From Octopus sinensis (taxonomy: Eukaryota), in the NCBI RefSeq assembly GCF_006345805.1, contig NC_043025.1:12958001-13022000 (forward strand): a stretch of 64,000 nt of DNA, written 5' to 3'. Each line of letters begins with the position of its first letter. The stretch's first letter is position 1. Below the pieces are notes generated by a model. That model did not search any database. It saw only the letters and a program-made list of their open reading frames with translations, and was not told the DNA's origin. This document shows positions 49,557-60,716 of this stretch, piece after piece. The position numbers and the translations under genes were made by a program.

Positions 49557-51784
49557 CTATTATATGTATGTATGTATGTATCTATTATATGTATGTATGT
49601 ATGTATCTATTATATGTATGTATGTATGTATCTATTATATGTATGTATGTATGTATCTATTATATGTATGTATGTATGATGTATCTATTATATGTATGTA
49701 TGTATCTATATTATATGTATGTATGTATCTATATTATATGTATGTATGTATCTATATTATATACATGTATGTATCTATATTATATACATGTATGTATCTA
49801 TATTATATACATGTATGTATCTATATTATATGTATGTATGTATCTATATTATATGTATGTATGTATCTATATTATATATGTATGTATCTATATTATATGT
49901 ATGTATGTATCTATATTATATGTATGTATGTATCTATATTATATACATGTATATATCTATATTATATACATATATGTATCTATATATTATATATAGGCAT
50001 GTATCTATATATTATATATATGCACACATATACAGGAACAGGTGGTTGAAACCATGTAGCACAAGTTATTTGATCTGATGCTCCACCGATTCTGTCCACA
50101 ACTTTCTTAGATACTTCATTATTTTCCCAATTATATCTTATTCCATTGTTTCCCTTCCTTTGTGTCTATCACACACACACACATATATATTTGTATGTAT
50201 ACTTACACATATATATATACACATGTATGTGTATATAGCTTAATGGTACCGACCACTCAGCTGGAATTTTACAAGTACAGGATTCAATCCCCTGTAGGAT
50301 GTTGGTGACCAATTTTTCCCATCTGCCAAGAATATCTGCCCTGTCTCCTAAACCATTTCCACAGCTATTCTGCTTTTGAAATTTGACTTAATTTTTCCCT
50401 GAAATTCCAAATTTCCTGATGTTTCCCAAAGAATCTTTGATCTTTTGTGAGACTGTTTTCTTTATATCTTTGTGTTTCAAGTTTATTTTTTAATGCCATT
50501 TCCCTTTTTTTTAATTTTCTGTGGGGGGCAATGGGTTTAATTTTATTGAAAGTTATTACAAAGACAATATAATTGTATAAGTTGTTACCGGTTGTTATAA
50601 CGAAATAGAAATTATTTATCATGCGAAAAGATTATTTAAACTTCATAAGAGAGGTAGGGATCTGGTGGACCCTTGTCACACTCAAACCTGGTCATTAGCC
50701 GCTAGGTTTGGCGTCTGGTTTTCCCTGTGTTTCATATCAGAAATATTAAGGCGTTGCTCAGAAAATTCTTTGGGTTCAAGTCACTTCTCCAATATTCACC
50801 CAAAATTCAGACATGACGAGCGATGTCTGCTTTTGCGTCTCTGTACTATATCCAAGTCTTTACGGAGGGAAGTGTGTAGATTTAGGGGTGGTCCCAGCAA
50901 GGTAGTTCTGGGATCAAATGAGATAATATCCAAAGAATTATCAGGAAAATACTGGGTTCTAGATGAAAGTAATAAAGGCAATGTCTGTGTTCATCCTCAT
51001 AATGAAATTCGTTTGTTTCTAAAGCCAGGTGTTAACAATTCTTGCCATCTCTGTCAACAACACCTTTCGAAAATATTATATGAATGCCTTGGAACAGGTT
51101 TCAATTCTTCTTAAATTCCCTATTTTTCACCAGTTTGGAAAGGGTTATCCTCAAAGAAAGTATAGAGGCAATGTCTGTGTTCTTCCTCATAATGAAATTC
51201 TTTTGTTTCTAAAGCCAGGTGTTAACGATTATTGCCATCTCTGTCAACAACACCTTTCGAAAATATGATATGAATGCCTTCCAATTATTTTGTGTTGTCC
51301 CTGTTGGAACAGGTTTCAATTCTTCTTAAATTCCCTATTTTTCACCAGTTTGGAAAGGGGTATCCTCAAAGAAAGTAATAGAGGCAATGTCTCTGTGTTC
51401 TACCTCATAATGAAATTCTTTTGTTTCTAACGCCAGGTGTTAACGATTCTTGCCATCTCTGTCAACAACACCTGTTGAAAATATATGAATACCTTCCAAT
51501 TTTTTCCTTGTAGTGTAGAAGCTCTCGTTCTGACCCTCAAAAATGTACTCAACAGCCTATTTCACCTCATTGTCGGTTCAATTCTTCTTCCCAGCCAGTA
51601 TCGGACTTGTCAAAAGAGAATCTCTCTTTGAGTTCCTGCTGCAGCATGGGCTTAAAACCATTTATTGGTTAGGTTTTATGTCCAGCTGTGTATCTGTGTG
51701 TCAGTTATACTGAATGGTCTTTTAATGTTTGAAATATGACCGACTGTGAGCTCAAGAGTGTGTATATTGTGATTAATGTCACGT

Positions 51785-51819
<35 letters not shown>

Positions 51820-51847
51820 GAGAAAGAAGCAACAAGAATGGATTAGT

Positions 51848-51938
51848 TTTTAGTACAATTGTTTCATACAAAGACAGGCTTTATTACAAGTTGCAAAAAT
51901 TGCAGCAGATAAAAGTGTCCCGTACTCATCAGCTAAAA
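51848..51938 (-). ncRNA. Type I hammerhead ribozyme motif
   Basis: Minus strand: TTTTAG-CTGATGA-GTAC..long hairpin..GTAT-GAA-ACAATTGT-A-CTAAAA. Perfect 6-bp stem I, palindromic stem III, GUA site. Confidence 0.85.
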
Positions 51939-52508
51939 TACATTTGAGTTCTCTAGACATCTTAGTGGGTGAGGCCATACTCATGAAGTATTGGGGATAA
52001 TTCCATTAGAGGCAGATATAGGTTGTAAACAGTTTTCCAAAGTTCCTTAATGATGATGCACAGACTTATCACAGATTTTTGAAAACTTATTAGTTTCGAA
52101 GAGAAGATGAATTAATCCATAGTGTAGATTTAAATTTCCAGAGATATGAGGAGGATGATGCACAGACTTATCACAGGTTTTTAAAAACTTATTAGCTTCA
52201 CAGAAAAGGTGAATTAATCCGTAGTGAAGATTTAAATTTCCAGCGGTAAGAGCAGGAATTTCATACTCACAGACGATGTATTTAACCATTATTAATCCAT
52301 ATTATTATATATATATATATATATATATATAATACAAAATTAGAAAATGGAGAAACATACTTAAATCAATCAAACATCAACCATCAGATGAAACCCAATC
52401 AATACTTTATTACACCATTACATAACAGTAAAGGCATTATACAAAATATATTGTAAATATAATTAGACAAGGAAATAGAAATATAAAATATAATATGTAA
52501 TTATATCA

Positions 52509-52623
52509 TATCTGACAGCTGTTTCGGCAGTAAGGGCAATCATGCCTCATTTAACCTATAAGCCATATAAGGCAGGTATAAATGAGACATTAACAAGGAT
52601 GCCCCACGGCCTCTTCAGAGAAT
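52509..52623 (-). ncRNA. Type I hammerhead ribozyme motif with a long stem II
   Basis: Minus strand: TCT-CTGAAGA-GGC..~85 nt hairpin..GCC-GAA-ACAGCTGT-C-AGA. Intact core, G-C at 10.1/11.1, GUC site. Confidence 0.82.
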
Positions 52624-53271
52624 TTAATAAATTATAATTGTGAAAAAATTTTTTTCCATATACATATCAATATAAAAATGTAAAATATAAAAATGTATAG
52701 ACACCATAATACTACACATATATATATATATATTCATTAATACAATAATACAAGATACACAGAACAAAATAAAACAAAATATATATCAATATATATTAAT
52801 AAGCTGTTATTCTACATATTGAGTTAATAGTTCTAAAAACTACCACACAAGAAGATATATGCACACTCACATTTAAATTAAAATCAGACCTATACATGAA
52901 AAATAATAAAAAAACACATTTCAGTTCATAAAATTATAAACCTGTAAAAGTCAATAAAAATTACTATTAATATTAATAATAATAATAATCAATTCTTTTT
53001 TATTGGCCACAAGGGCTGACACGCATGATTACATAAAGGGACAAGACAGGACGAAAGGTTACAAAGGGTTTTGTCCGTTTGTTAAAAAAATCCGTGTAAA
53101 AAACTTTAAAGCAATGATTATTAAAAACAATGAAAAACTCCCAAAAGGGGGAGACGTCTCGAAATGTTCCCGGTGGAAAAAACCCTACAAAAGCCAACGG
53201 GAGCCTGGTCAAAAAAAGGGGGTGTAGAGAGTCCCCTTTCTTCTCCTTTTACATTACCTTTTTCTTTGAAA

Positions 53272-56200
53272 TCACAGGCGAAACCTGAGAACTGGTCCAT
53301 TTATACAGGCCAGTCTCGCACAATTCACCCACCTTTCATAAAACTTGCTATCGGACAGCACTTTCCTCTCTAACCTCATCTTCCTTTTCAAGTGAAACTT
53401 GAAAAAGTTGATGAGGCCTTGACCAAAGAGGAAAGTGTCTGACTTTAGCCCTTTCAAACGAGTCCACCACACAACTTCTTTCGCCACAGCCACAAGGCAC
53501 AAGAAAACGGCCTCGCCCTCCTTGTTAAAGGAGGTCGGCGGGGCAATCTTCACTATGGATTCGGCCGATAGTCGGATCCGTCCTATACGTGACAGTAGCT
53601 GTTCGACATAAACCCATATTTCAGCAATACTCGGGCACTGGACGAGTGCGTGCAGAACGGTTTCGTCGTCCTGGCAACACCTCGGGCAGGCCCGGCTGAC
53701 GGAACTTCCGTGCCGGTAGAGTTTATCTCGAACAGGCAGAGCCCCTCGGTAGCACTGCCAGGCGAGAGACCTCTGGAAATTATCCATCGGCCCCGGCCCG
53801 AAAGTCCTCCCGAACAGACCGCTCAGTTCGTTGTCTTCAACGCCTAGAGTTTCCCCGAGAACGTCGTCGCATTTTTCCTCCACTAACCCTCTATAGAACG
53901 CTAGAGTGGAGCTGTAACCGACCGCATTGCCCGCCTGGTGGAGGGCGGAGAGGGCTTGACGGCACTCGAGGTGCCAAGCGCCTTTTCTCGGTCTACGTTT
54001 GATCCAGGTCTGCAGCTCCGTCAAAGAGACGAGCTGCGGAAAATCGCGTCTGACAAAAGACGACCACACCTGTTCACCGTCTAGGAAGCGCTTGAGATGC
54101 CGCAGCCTGAGCGCATGTCTGCGCAACAGCAACCACGGCATTCCAAGGCCTCCGTTCAGCGGTCGTTGACAGCAGATGGGTCGCCTGACCAGTGGCACCT
54201 GACCCTTCCACAAAAAGTCGAAGAGCAGGCGTACCAGCTTGGCCAACCAGCGGTCGGGACAAGGGACGACGGTCAAGCGGTAATAGATGATGGATGCGAT
54301 GTACACATTCGCCACCTCCGCTCGACCTTTCAGGGACAGCTTCCTCTCGGCCCATTTCTGGGTGAGACGTGCCACCCTGCTCGTCACCTCTTCCCAGTTC
54401 TTATCCACCTGGAGGTCCGGACCGAACCAGACCCCGAGCAGTTTAACGGGTCCGTCTGTCCAGCGCCCTACGACGCTGTTGGACGGCATGGGCTTGCCTC
54501 TCCAGGTGCCCAGTTGCAAGCCCACAGACTTTTCCGCGTTAATCTTTGCCCCTGTCACCGCTTCGTACTGGTTTAGCGTCTCGCCAATGTGCCTGTGGCT
54601 CGACACCACCACGGTGACGTCGTCGGCATAAGCAGACACGCTGTTTCCGCCTCCTAGATCGCGCGGGATGCCCCTCAGCGCCTCCAACTTGCGCAGTAAT
54701 GGCTCGAGAGTCAAAATGTACAAGAGGGAGGAGAGAGGGCATCCTTGGCGGACCGAACGCGAGATGTCGAACGGTTCCGAAAGGTGACCGTTCACCCGTA
54801 TCACCGAGCAGATGTTGCTGTATAAAGCAGCGATCCACCCGCGGAAGACTGGACCGAAGCCGGCTGCCTTGAGGACAGCTGCCAGGTACCGATGGTCGAC
54901 CCTATCGAAGGCTTTACTCTGATCCAAGTTGATCAAAGCCCCACCCGCGCCAGCGTCGTTACCCACCCTCTCTATGATGTAGCGCATGAGATGGAGGTTG
55001 TCGTGTATCGACCTGGTCGGCACGGCGCATGTCTGCGTCTCGCCGACCAGCTTGTCCACAACAAGCGCCAATCTCTTGGCTAGCACCTTGGCCAAAATCT
55101 TCAACTCTGCATTGAGCAGAGTGATGGGCCGGAAATTCCCTATAACGTCCCCCTTGTTTGGGTCCTTCTTTAGCAAAGCCACCACCCCTCGACAGACAAA
55201 AGCAGGAATTCTCCTGTTTTGCTGCCAATTGCAGTAGACGTTTGCCAACAGGTCCGCAAACAAGTCTGGCATTGAAAAGTAAAGCTCGTAGAGCAGACCA
55301 TCCAAACCCGGCGATCTACCTCTCGTGCAACTCTTCATCGCTTCCTGTACTTCCCAGGCAGATATCGGTCCTTCGCAGCACTCTGCCTCGCTGTCCGAGA
55401 GATGCGGCAGTCCGTCCAGGTACACACCGAAGTCTGTACCGTTGTGTCCGTTCCACCGCTCGTCCCAACAGTTGAGCAAAGTGCCGCTGAAGCACCGTAC
55501 ACATCTGCTTCGGTTGGGTAACCTCGCGCCCGTTCTGGTCCACCAAAGACCGAATGGTTGCTCTGTTGCCTCGCTTCGCCTCCGCCACGCGGGCCCATCG
55601 AGCGGATCTAGTCCCCTCCCCGCTTAGCGAACGTGCCTTAGCTCTGACAACGCAGCCTTCGTGTTTGGCGTCGAAGTGTTGGTCGAGGGCCAACCTTGCC
55701 GCCAACACGTCGGTCGCGATGCCAGTGTCAAGAGCCTCGTCTAGTTTCTTAACTAAATCCCACTCTCTCTTCCTACGTTCAATAGCTAGAGTCTTACTAT
55801 ACCTAATCGACTCTACTCTAATTGCTCTCTTGAGGGCAAACCACCAGTTGTTGTTGATGATTGCCCCCGTGAGCGCCCGCTTAACTAGTAAACTAATCCG
55901 GTCTCTGTAAGCTTTGCACGCCGTTAACGACGCGTTCAGCTTCCAGTAGCCGGGTCCCTGTCTGTGTAGCCTATCTAAGTCGACCGTACAGATCACTAAT
56001 TTGTGGTCCGTATATTCGACTAGGTGGAATTGTGGACACCCTACGCTGTCCTTATCCGCTGGCCTACAAAACACTCTATCTAAGTACGATCTAGATGACC
56101 CGATGCGGTTTGTCCAAGTCCACATTGGCACATTCGGGTTGTCTAGTCGAAACCTGTTGGACAGCTGAAAGCGGCCGAGTAGGTTGGCGAGGCTCTTGCA

Positions 56201-56695
56201 CCCTCCCCCTCTCCTATCAGACGCTCCCCTGCCCACCCGATCGAAACGTTCGTCTAAGACAGCGTTCCAATCCCCAACTAGTACTAGAGTGCGTGACGTT
56301 CCCAGGAAAACTTCCAGACGTTTGAAATAATCCGACTGCCCTGCTCCTGTCGGAGCGTAGGCAGCCAGCAGTCTGAAAGCACCGCCGTCACTACCGTCGA
56401 CGTCGAGGACCACCAACTTACCTTCCGGATCCAAGAAGACTGTCCTTATTTTCAGGTCCAGGCCCTTCCGAAACAACACCGCAGTACCACCACCGCCCGC
56501 TCCCGGCCGACACGGAGATAGAAATATCTCGTATCCGCCGAAAAGGGCTGCGAGTTCCTGCGGGTCGGAGAGCCTGGTTTCACTGATGGCTGCTACATCC
56601 ACATCATGAAACCTCAGGTCGTTTAACAGGTGACCCTGTTTCCAAGGTGACCCGAGGCCTCTCACATTCAAACAACCGATTCTAAGATTTGCCAT
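53272..56695 (-). CDS. LINE ORF2 (endonuclease + reverse transcriptase), split by one frameshift near 55450
   Basis: ORF 55316-56695: CLNVRGL, ISETRL, VGDWNAVLD, SYLDRVF, TDHKLV (APE). ORF 53272-55479: GRSPGLDG, NFRPITLLN, LDQSKAFDRV, VRQGCPLS, AYADDV, CPRC...H...C. Confidence 0.92.
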
Positions 56696-56698
56696 GTT

Positions 56699-57067
56699 TC
56701 AAAAATTAGGAAAAAAAAGGAGAAAAAAGGCTCTACTTACTGTTGTTGGTGGTGGGGGGGTGGCTCCCTTGTGCTTTTGCACGGGTGCTTCAATAATATT
56801 TTTGTAAAGTTTCTGAGAGAAACTTTTCCCTAACGATCCCACATCGTTAGGGAATATTTGTTTTATTTCGTTGTAAACTGTTTTATTTATTTTTATTGTG
56901 AGAATGTGTGCTGGTGGTGTGTTGTGTGTAGGTATTATGAAATCTGTAATGTTTGTGCTTGTTTTGTTTTTCAAATACTCAACCAGTTCTTGGTTTCTTG
57001 TATTCACTGCTGTAATCGTGTCTGTGTTTGTTTGTGTCTGTGGTATTGGCAGTAGTGGTGTCGAAAG

Positions 57068-57102
<35 letters not shown>

Positions 57103-57531
57103 GGAAGTACTGTTTGTTCGTGCTTCCCCTGTGAATCTTTTTGTTTTTTCCTCCTTTTCTTTTTTGGAGGTACTATGTTCCATTCTCCTTTGTTGGAATC
57201 AGAGCTCGCACAATCCGAGATCTCTTCATCCGGCAAAGGAATGGTTGAGGGGTCTGCTTCAGTAGCAGGACGAACAGTTTCTGGTTCCACCGGTATCGGT
57301 GGTGCCGCTGCTCCTGTTACTGTTGATGTCGCTGCTGTCGACCTTCGAGGTACTGGTGTCGGTGTTGGTTTGCTGGTGGTTGTCGGTGTTGGTTTGGTGG
57401 TGGTTGTTGTTGTTGGAGGTGGTGTTGTTCGTCTTGGTGCTGGTGATGGTGTTGGTGGTGTGGCAGCCTTTGGTGTTTCTTGCTGTTTTTGTTGTTTCTG
57501 TTGTTGTTGCTTGTGTTGTTGTTGTTGTTGT

Positions 57532-57563
<32 letters not shown>

Positions 57564-58607
57564 CTGCTGCTGCCGCTGCCGCCGCCGCCGCCGCCTCTTG
57601 CTGAAAGCCTCCATCCTCTTTTTGTGAATGGGACAGTCCCTCTTTAAGTGGCTTTCGCTGCTGCAGAGGAAACATTTTGGCTTTCGCCCCTCCACAGCAA
57701 CGTTTAGCCTGGTGCCGTCCGGCAAACTTACGAAATCAGGGATTTTACTTATATTCTCTTGCTGAATTTGCGCAAGAAGCAGCACTCCCATCCCCAACCA
57801 GTTTTTCGCCCTCACTCTCCTGACATCTAGAATGGTGGTAGTGTCCTCTATATCATAGAGGACAGCTGCCACCAGCCATGACATATTTAGCTCAGGGGGA
57901 CGAGGTCGATTTTTTTTTTTGTCACTCTTCGCCCGAGGTGGGTTGGAATTAGTAACAAATTCTCAGTTTGCAAGGGCGAAATGGCGTTCGCCCATGCCAG
58001 CTCCTCTGTTGGGAAGCGAACCTCCACGGTTCCAAAACGCTTCCCCTTGGTTACATAGCTCTTTTGGGCCCAAATGGGCTTTAGAGCTATCTCCAACTGT
58101 TGGGGTGTGGCATTTGTTATTTTTTTAGTTTTCTGTCGAAAACTTTGTAAATTATTGTTTGCTTGTTGGTGCTTTCAATCACCTCTTGTGGAGTATTGAG
58201 GAAGATACCATTGCCATCCTTCCTAACAATTCCTTCGCTCTTTTCACATCTTCTAGAGTTATCTTAACTTCCTCCGAAATTTGCTTCGCAGCAGAAGCAA
58301 AATTGTTGGAAGTTTTTTCTTTTATCTCCGTGTCAATGTTTGTGATGATTTTTGTATTTGTTTTTTCTTCCTCCTCCTTCCTTACCAAAGCATTGGGTGA
58401 AGGCAGAGGGGGAAAATCGAGAATTACGTCGAACGCGACGTCCTGGCTTGCATTCTCCTTTTGAACGGAGCTCGTGCTCTGCGGTTCGGAAGGAGAATCT
58501 TTGTTGCCTTTTAAGGCGTGAAGTGGGTGTTTTGCACGAGTTGTGTGTGTTTGCGGAGGGAGTGTATCTTGAAGGAAGGAACAGCCAACTGTTCGCTTCA
58601 TAGCCAT
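56699..58607 (-). pseudogene. LINE ORF1 (gag-like, zinc knuckle), in four frameshifted pieces
   Basis: Pieces 58179-58607, 57887-58096, 56979-57884 (CFLCSSESHLKRDC, polyQ, P/T-rich) and 56699-57007, whose TGA lies 3 nt before the ORF2 ATG. Confidence 0.8.
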
Positions 58608-59025
58608 GTTTTTTTTTTTGTTGTAATATTCAAAATGTTGAAAAATGTCAAATGTTCAAAATTTTAAAACGTAATTTCACCCCGAATGGGGCAAAATTTC
58701 GCCCAACCGACGAGCTCGCAAGAAGCCGGTCGGTTTGGCTACAAAAATATTAAAAAATATTCAAACCTAACAATAGATTTCCAATGAAATTGGTGTCAAA
58801 TTCACGGAGCTGATTCACGTACGTCCATCGGCGTCGGAAGGAATAATATACAATTATGTCTGTACCAAGTACATCCATCGGATATCGACATATCTATGAG
58901 TCTGGTTATTCTGTCCGCTTGATATTGATTATTCTAGATTAATTCGATAGGTTTATAGTTTAAAATTTGAATCACAAAAGAAATTTTACGGTTAGTTAGT
59001 CAAGAAACGCACACGCACATCCACA

Positions 59026-59345
59026 GGCGCGTGGCTCAGTGGTTAGAGCGTCGAGCTTACGATCGTGAGGTTGTGAGCTTGAATCCCGGACCGGGCTGGG
59101 TGTTGTGTTCTTGAGCAAGACACTTTATTTCACGTTGCTCCAGTTCACTCAGCTGTAGAAATGAGTTGTGATGTCACTGGTGCCAAGCTGTATCGGCCCC
59201 TTTGCCTTTCCCTTGGATAACATCGGTGACGTGGAGAGGGGAGACCGGTATGTATGGGCGACTGCTGGTCTTCCATAAAACAACCTTGCCCAGACTTGTG
59301 CCTCAGAGGGTAACTCTCTAGGTGCAAACTCATGACCGAATGGGG
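59026..59345 (+). mobile_element. tRNA-headed SINE (family C)
   Basis: Collinear with 15447-15780. Confidence 0.78.
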
Positions 59346-59441
59346 TCAATATATATATTTATAATAAGAGTAGATCGTATACGAACGGGTATATATTTGT
59401 AAAAAAGAAGTTTGAAAACGCCACTATATTAGATGAATTTT

Positions 59442-59490
59442 AATTTTACATGTTTCGGTTCTTGAAAAAACGAACCTTATCAAAAAAATT
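59442..59490 (-). ncRNA. Degenerate minimal hammerhead motif
   Basis: Minus strand: TTT-TTGATAA-GGTTC-10 nt-GAACC-GAA-ACATGT-A-AAA; two core substitutions (C3U, G8A). Confidence 0.45.
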
Positions 59491-60402
59491 TATTATAAAA
59501 AGTACATCCGATCGTGGCTGTTCGCCAGCCTCATCTGGCACCTGTGTCAGTGGCACATAAAAACACCATCCGAGCGTGGCCGTCTGCCAGCCTTGTCTGG
59601 CACCTGTGTCGGTGGCACATAAAAAACACCATCCGAGCGTGGCCGTTCGCCAGCCTCGTCTGGCACCTGTGTCGGTGGCACATAAAATCACCCACTACAC
59701 TCTCGGAGTGGTTGGCGTTAGGAAGGGCATCCAGCTGTAGAAACACTGCCAGAGCTGACTGGCCTGGTGCAGCTTTCGGGCTCCCCAGACCCCAGTTCAA
59801 CCGTCCAACCCATGCTAGCATGGAAAACGGACGCTAAATGAATGATGATGATGATGAATGGAACAGTTCATAATCGTTACATACATTCAATAGAATCCAT
59901 GTTACATACATTCAATAGAGTCCATGTTCTTGAAAAGACGAATCTTATCAAATATATTATAAAGAGTATAGTAGAAAAGATCCATAGTCGTTCCTTACTG
60001 TTTTGTCGAGTGTAGTGGAGAAGTTCATTATAGATTTCTTGCTGGTATCAAAAGGAACCGCTTCTGTGTTACCTTGTGTTCCAATGGGAGCAACAGTAGT
60101 GATTCTTGGTCGTCGTCTGTTGGTCGTATATATATATATGGGAAAAATTGTAAAAATGCAGAATGCTAAATTGAAAGAAAATTTTAATGAAATGAGAAAT
60201 TGATAAAATATATAAATATATATTAATTCAAACCGGTTTTCGTCATAATGTGACTTTTCAAGAATTGTAAGGTAAAAAATTTTTTTAAAAGTGAGAAAGG
60301 GGAAAAAAGAAAATTGCATTGTTTTTTGCAAAAGAATAATAAAAAATATGTACAAAAATTAAAAAATAAGTACTCCGATACATTGTGAATTCTTTGTAAA
60401 AG

Positions 60403-60443
<41 letters not shown>

Positions 60444-60632
60444 GAAAGAAAGTGTAATAATATGGGTTACTACCAGTGGCCCACCACAAAAGACGAATTA
60501 GTCATAAGACAAAATATTATTCATATAGAAATATAATTAAGGGCTCCTAAATAAGGATGCCAAGTGCTAGGGGCACAAAAAAAGGATAGATTTATCGAGA
60601 GTGAGAATCAAAAACATTTACCATTAACGATA

Positions 60633-60716
60633 CATCCCGGACTGATATCAGTTTCTACCTCTTTCTAGCAAAACAAACAGATTATGTATGCTAAGGTTGG
60701 TTTCATCAGCGAGACA
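60633..60716 (-). ncRNA. Type I hammerhead ribozyme motif
   Basis: Minus strand: TGTCTCG-CTGATGA-AACC..TAGCA/TGCTA..AGGTA-GAA-ACTGATATCAGT-C-CGGGATG. 7-bp stem I with wobbles, 12-nt palindromic stem III; A.A mismatch at 10.1/11.1. Confidence 0.78.

Larger units (their letters stand above)
52990..58841 (-). mobile_element. Near full-length Tx1/L1-clade non-LTR retrotransposon
   Basis: 5' UTR ~58610-58841, ORF1 with a CCHC knuckle, ORF2 with APE endonuclease, RT and a C-terminal Cys/His motif, 3' UTR ending in AATAAA and an (ATT)n tail. Confidence 0.93.

Noticed and set aside
50040-50090. GAAACCATGTA ... CTGATGC, a possible permuted hammerhead
   Set aside because: A9 is missing, and stems I and II pair poorly.
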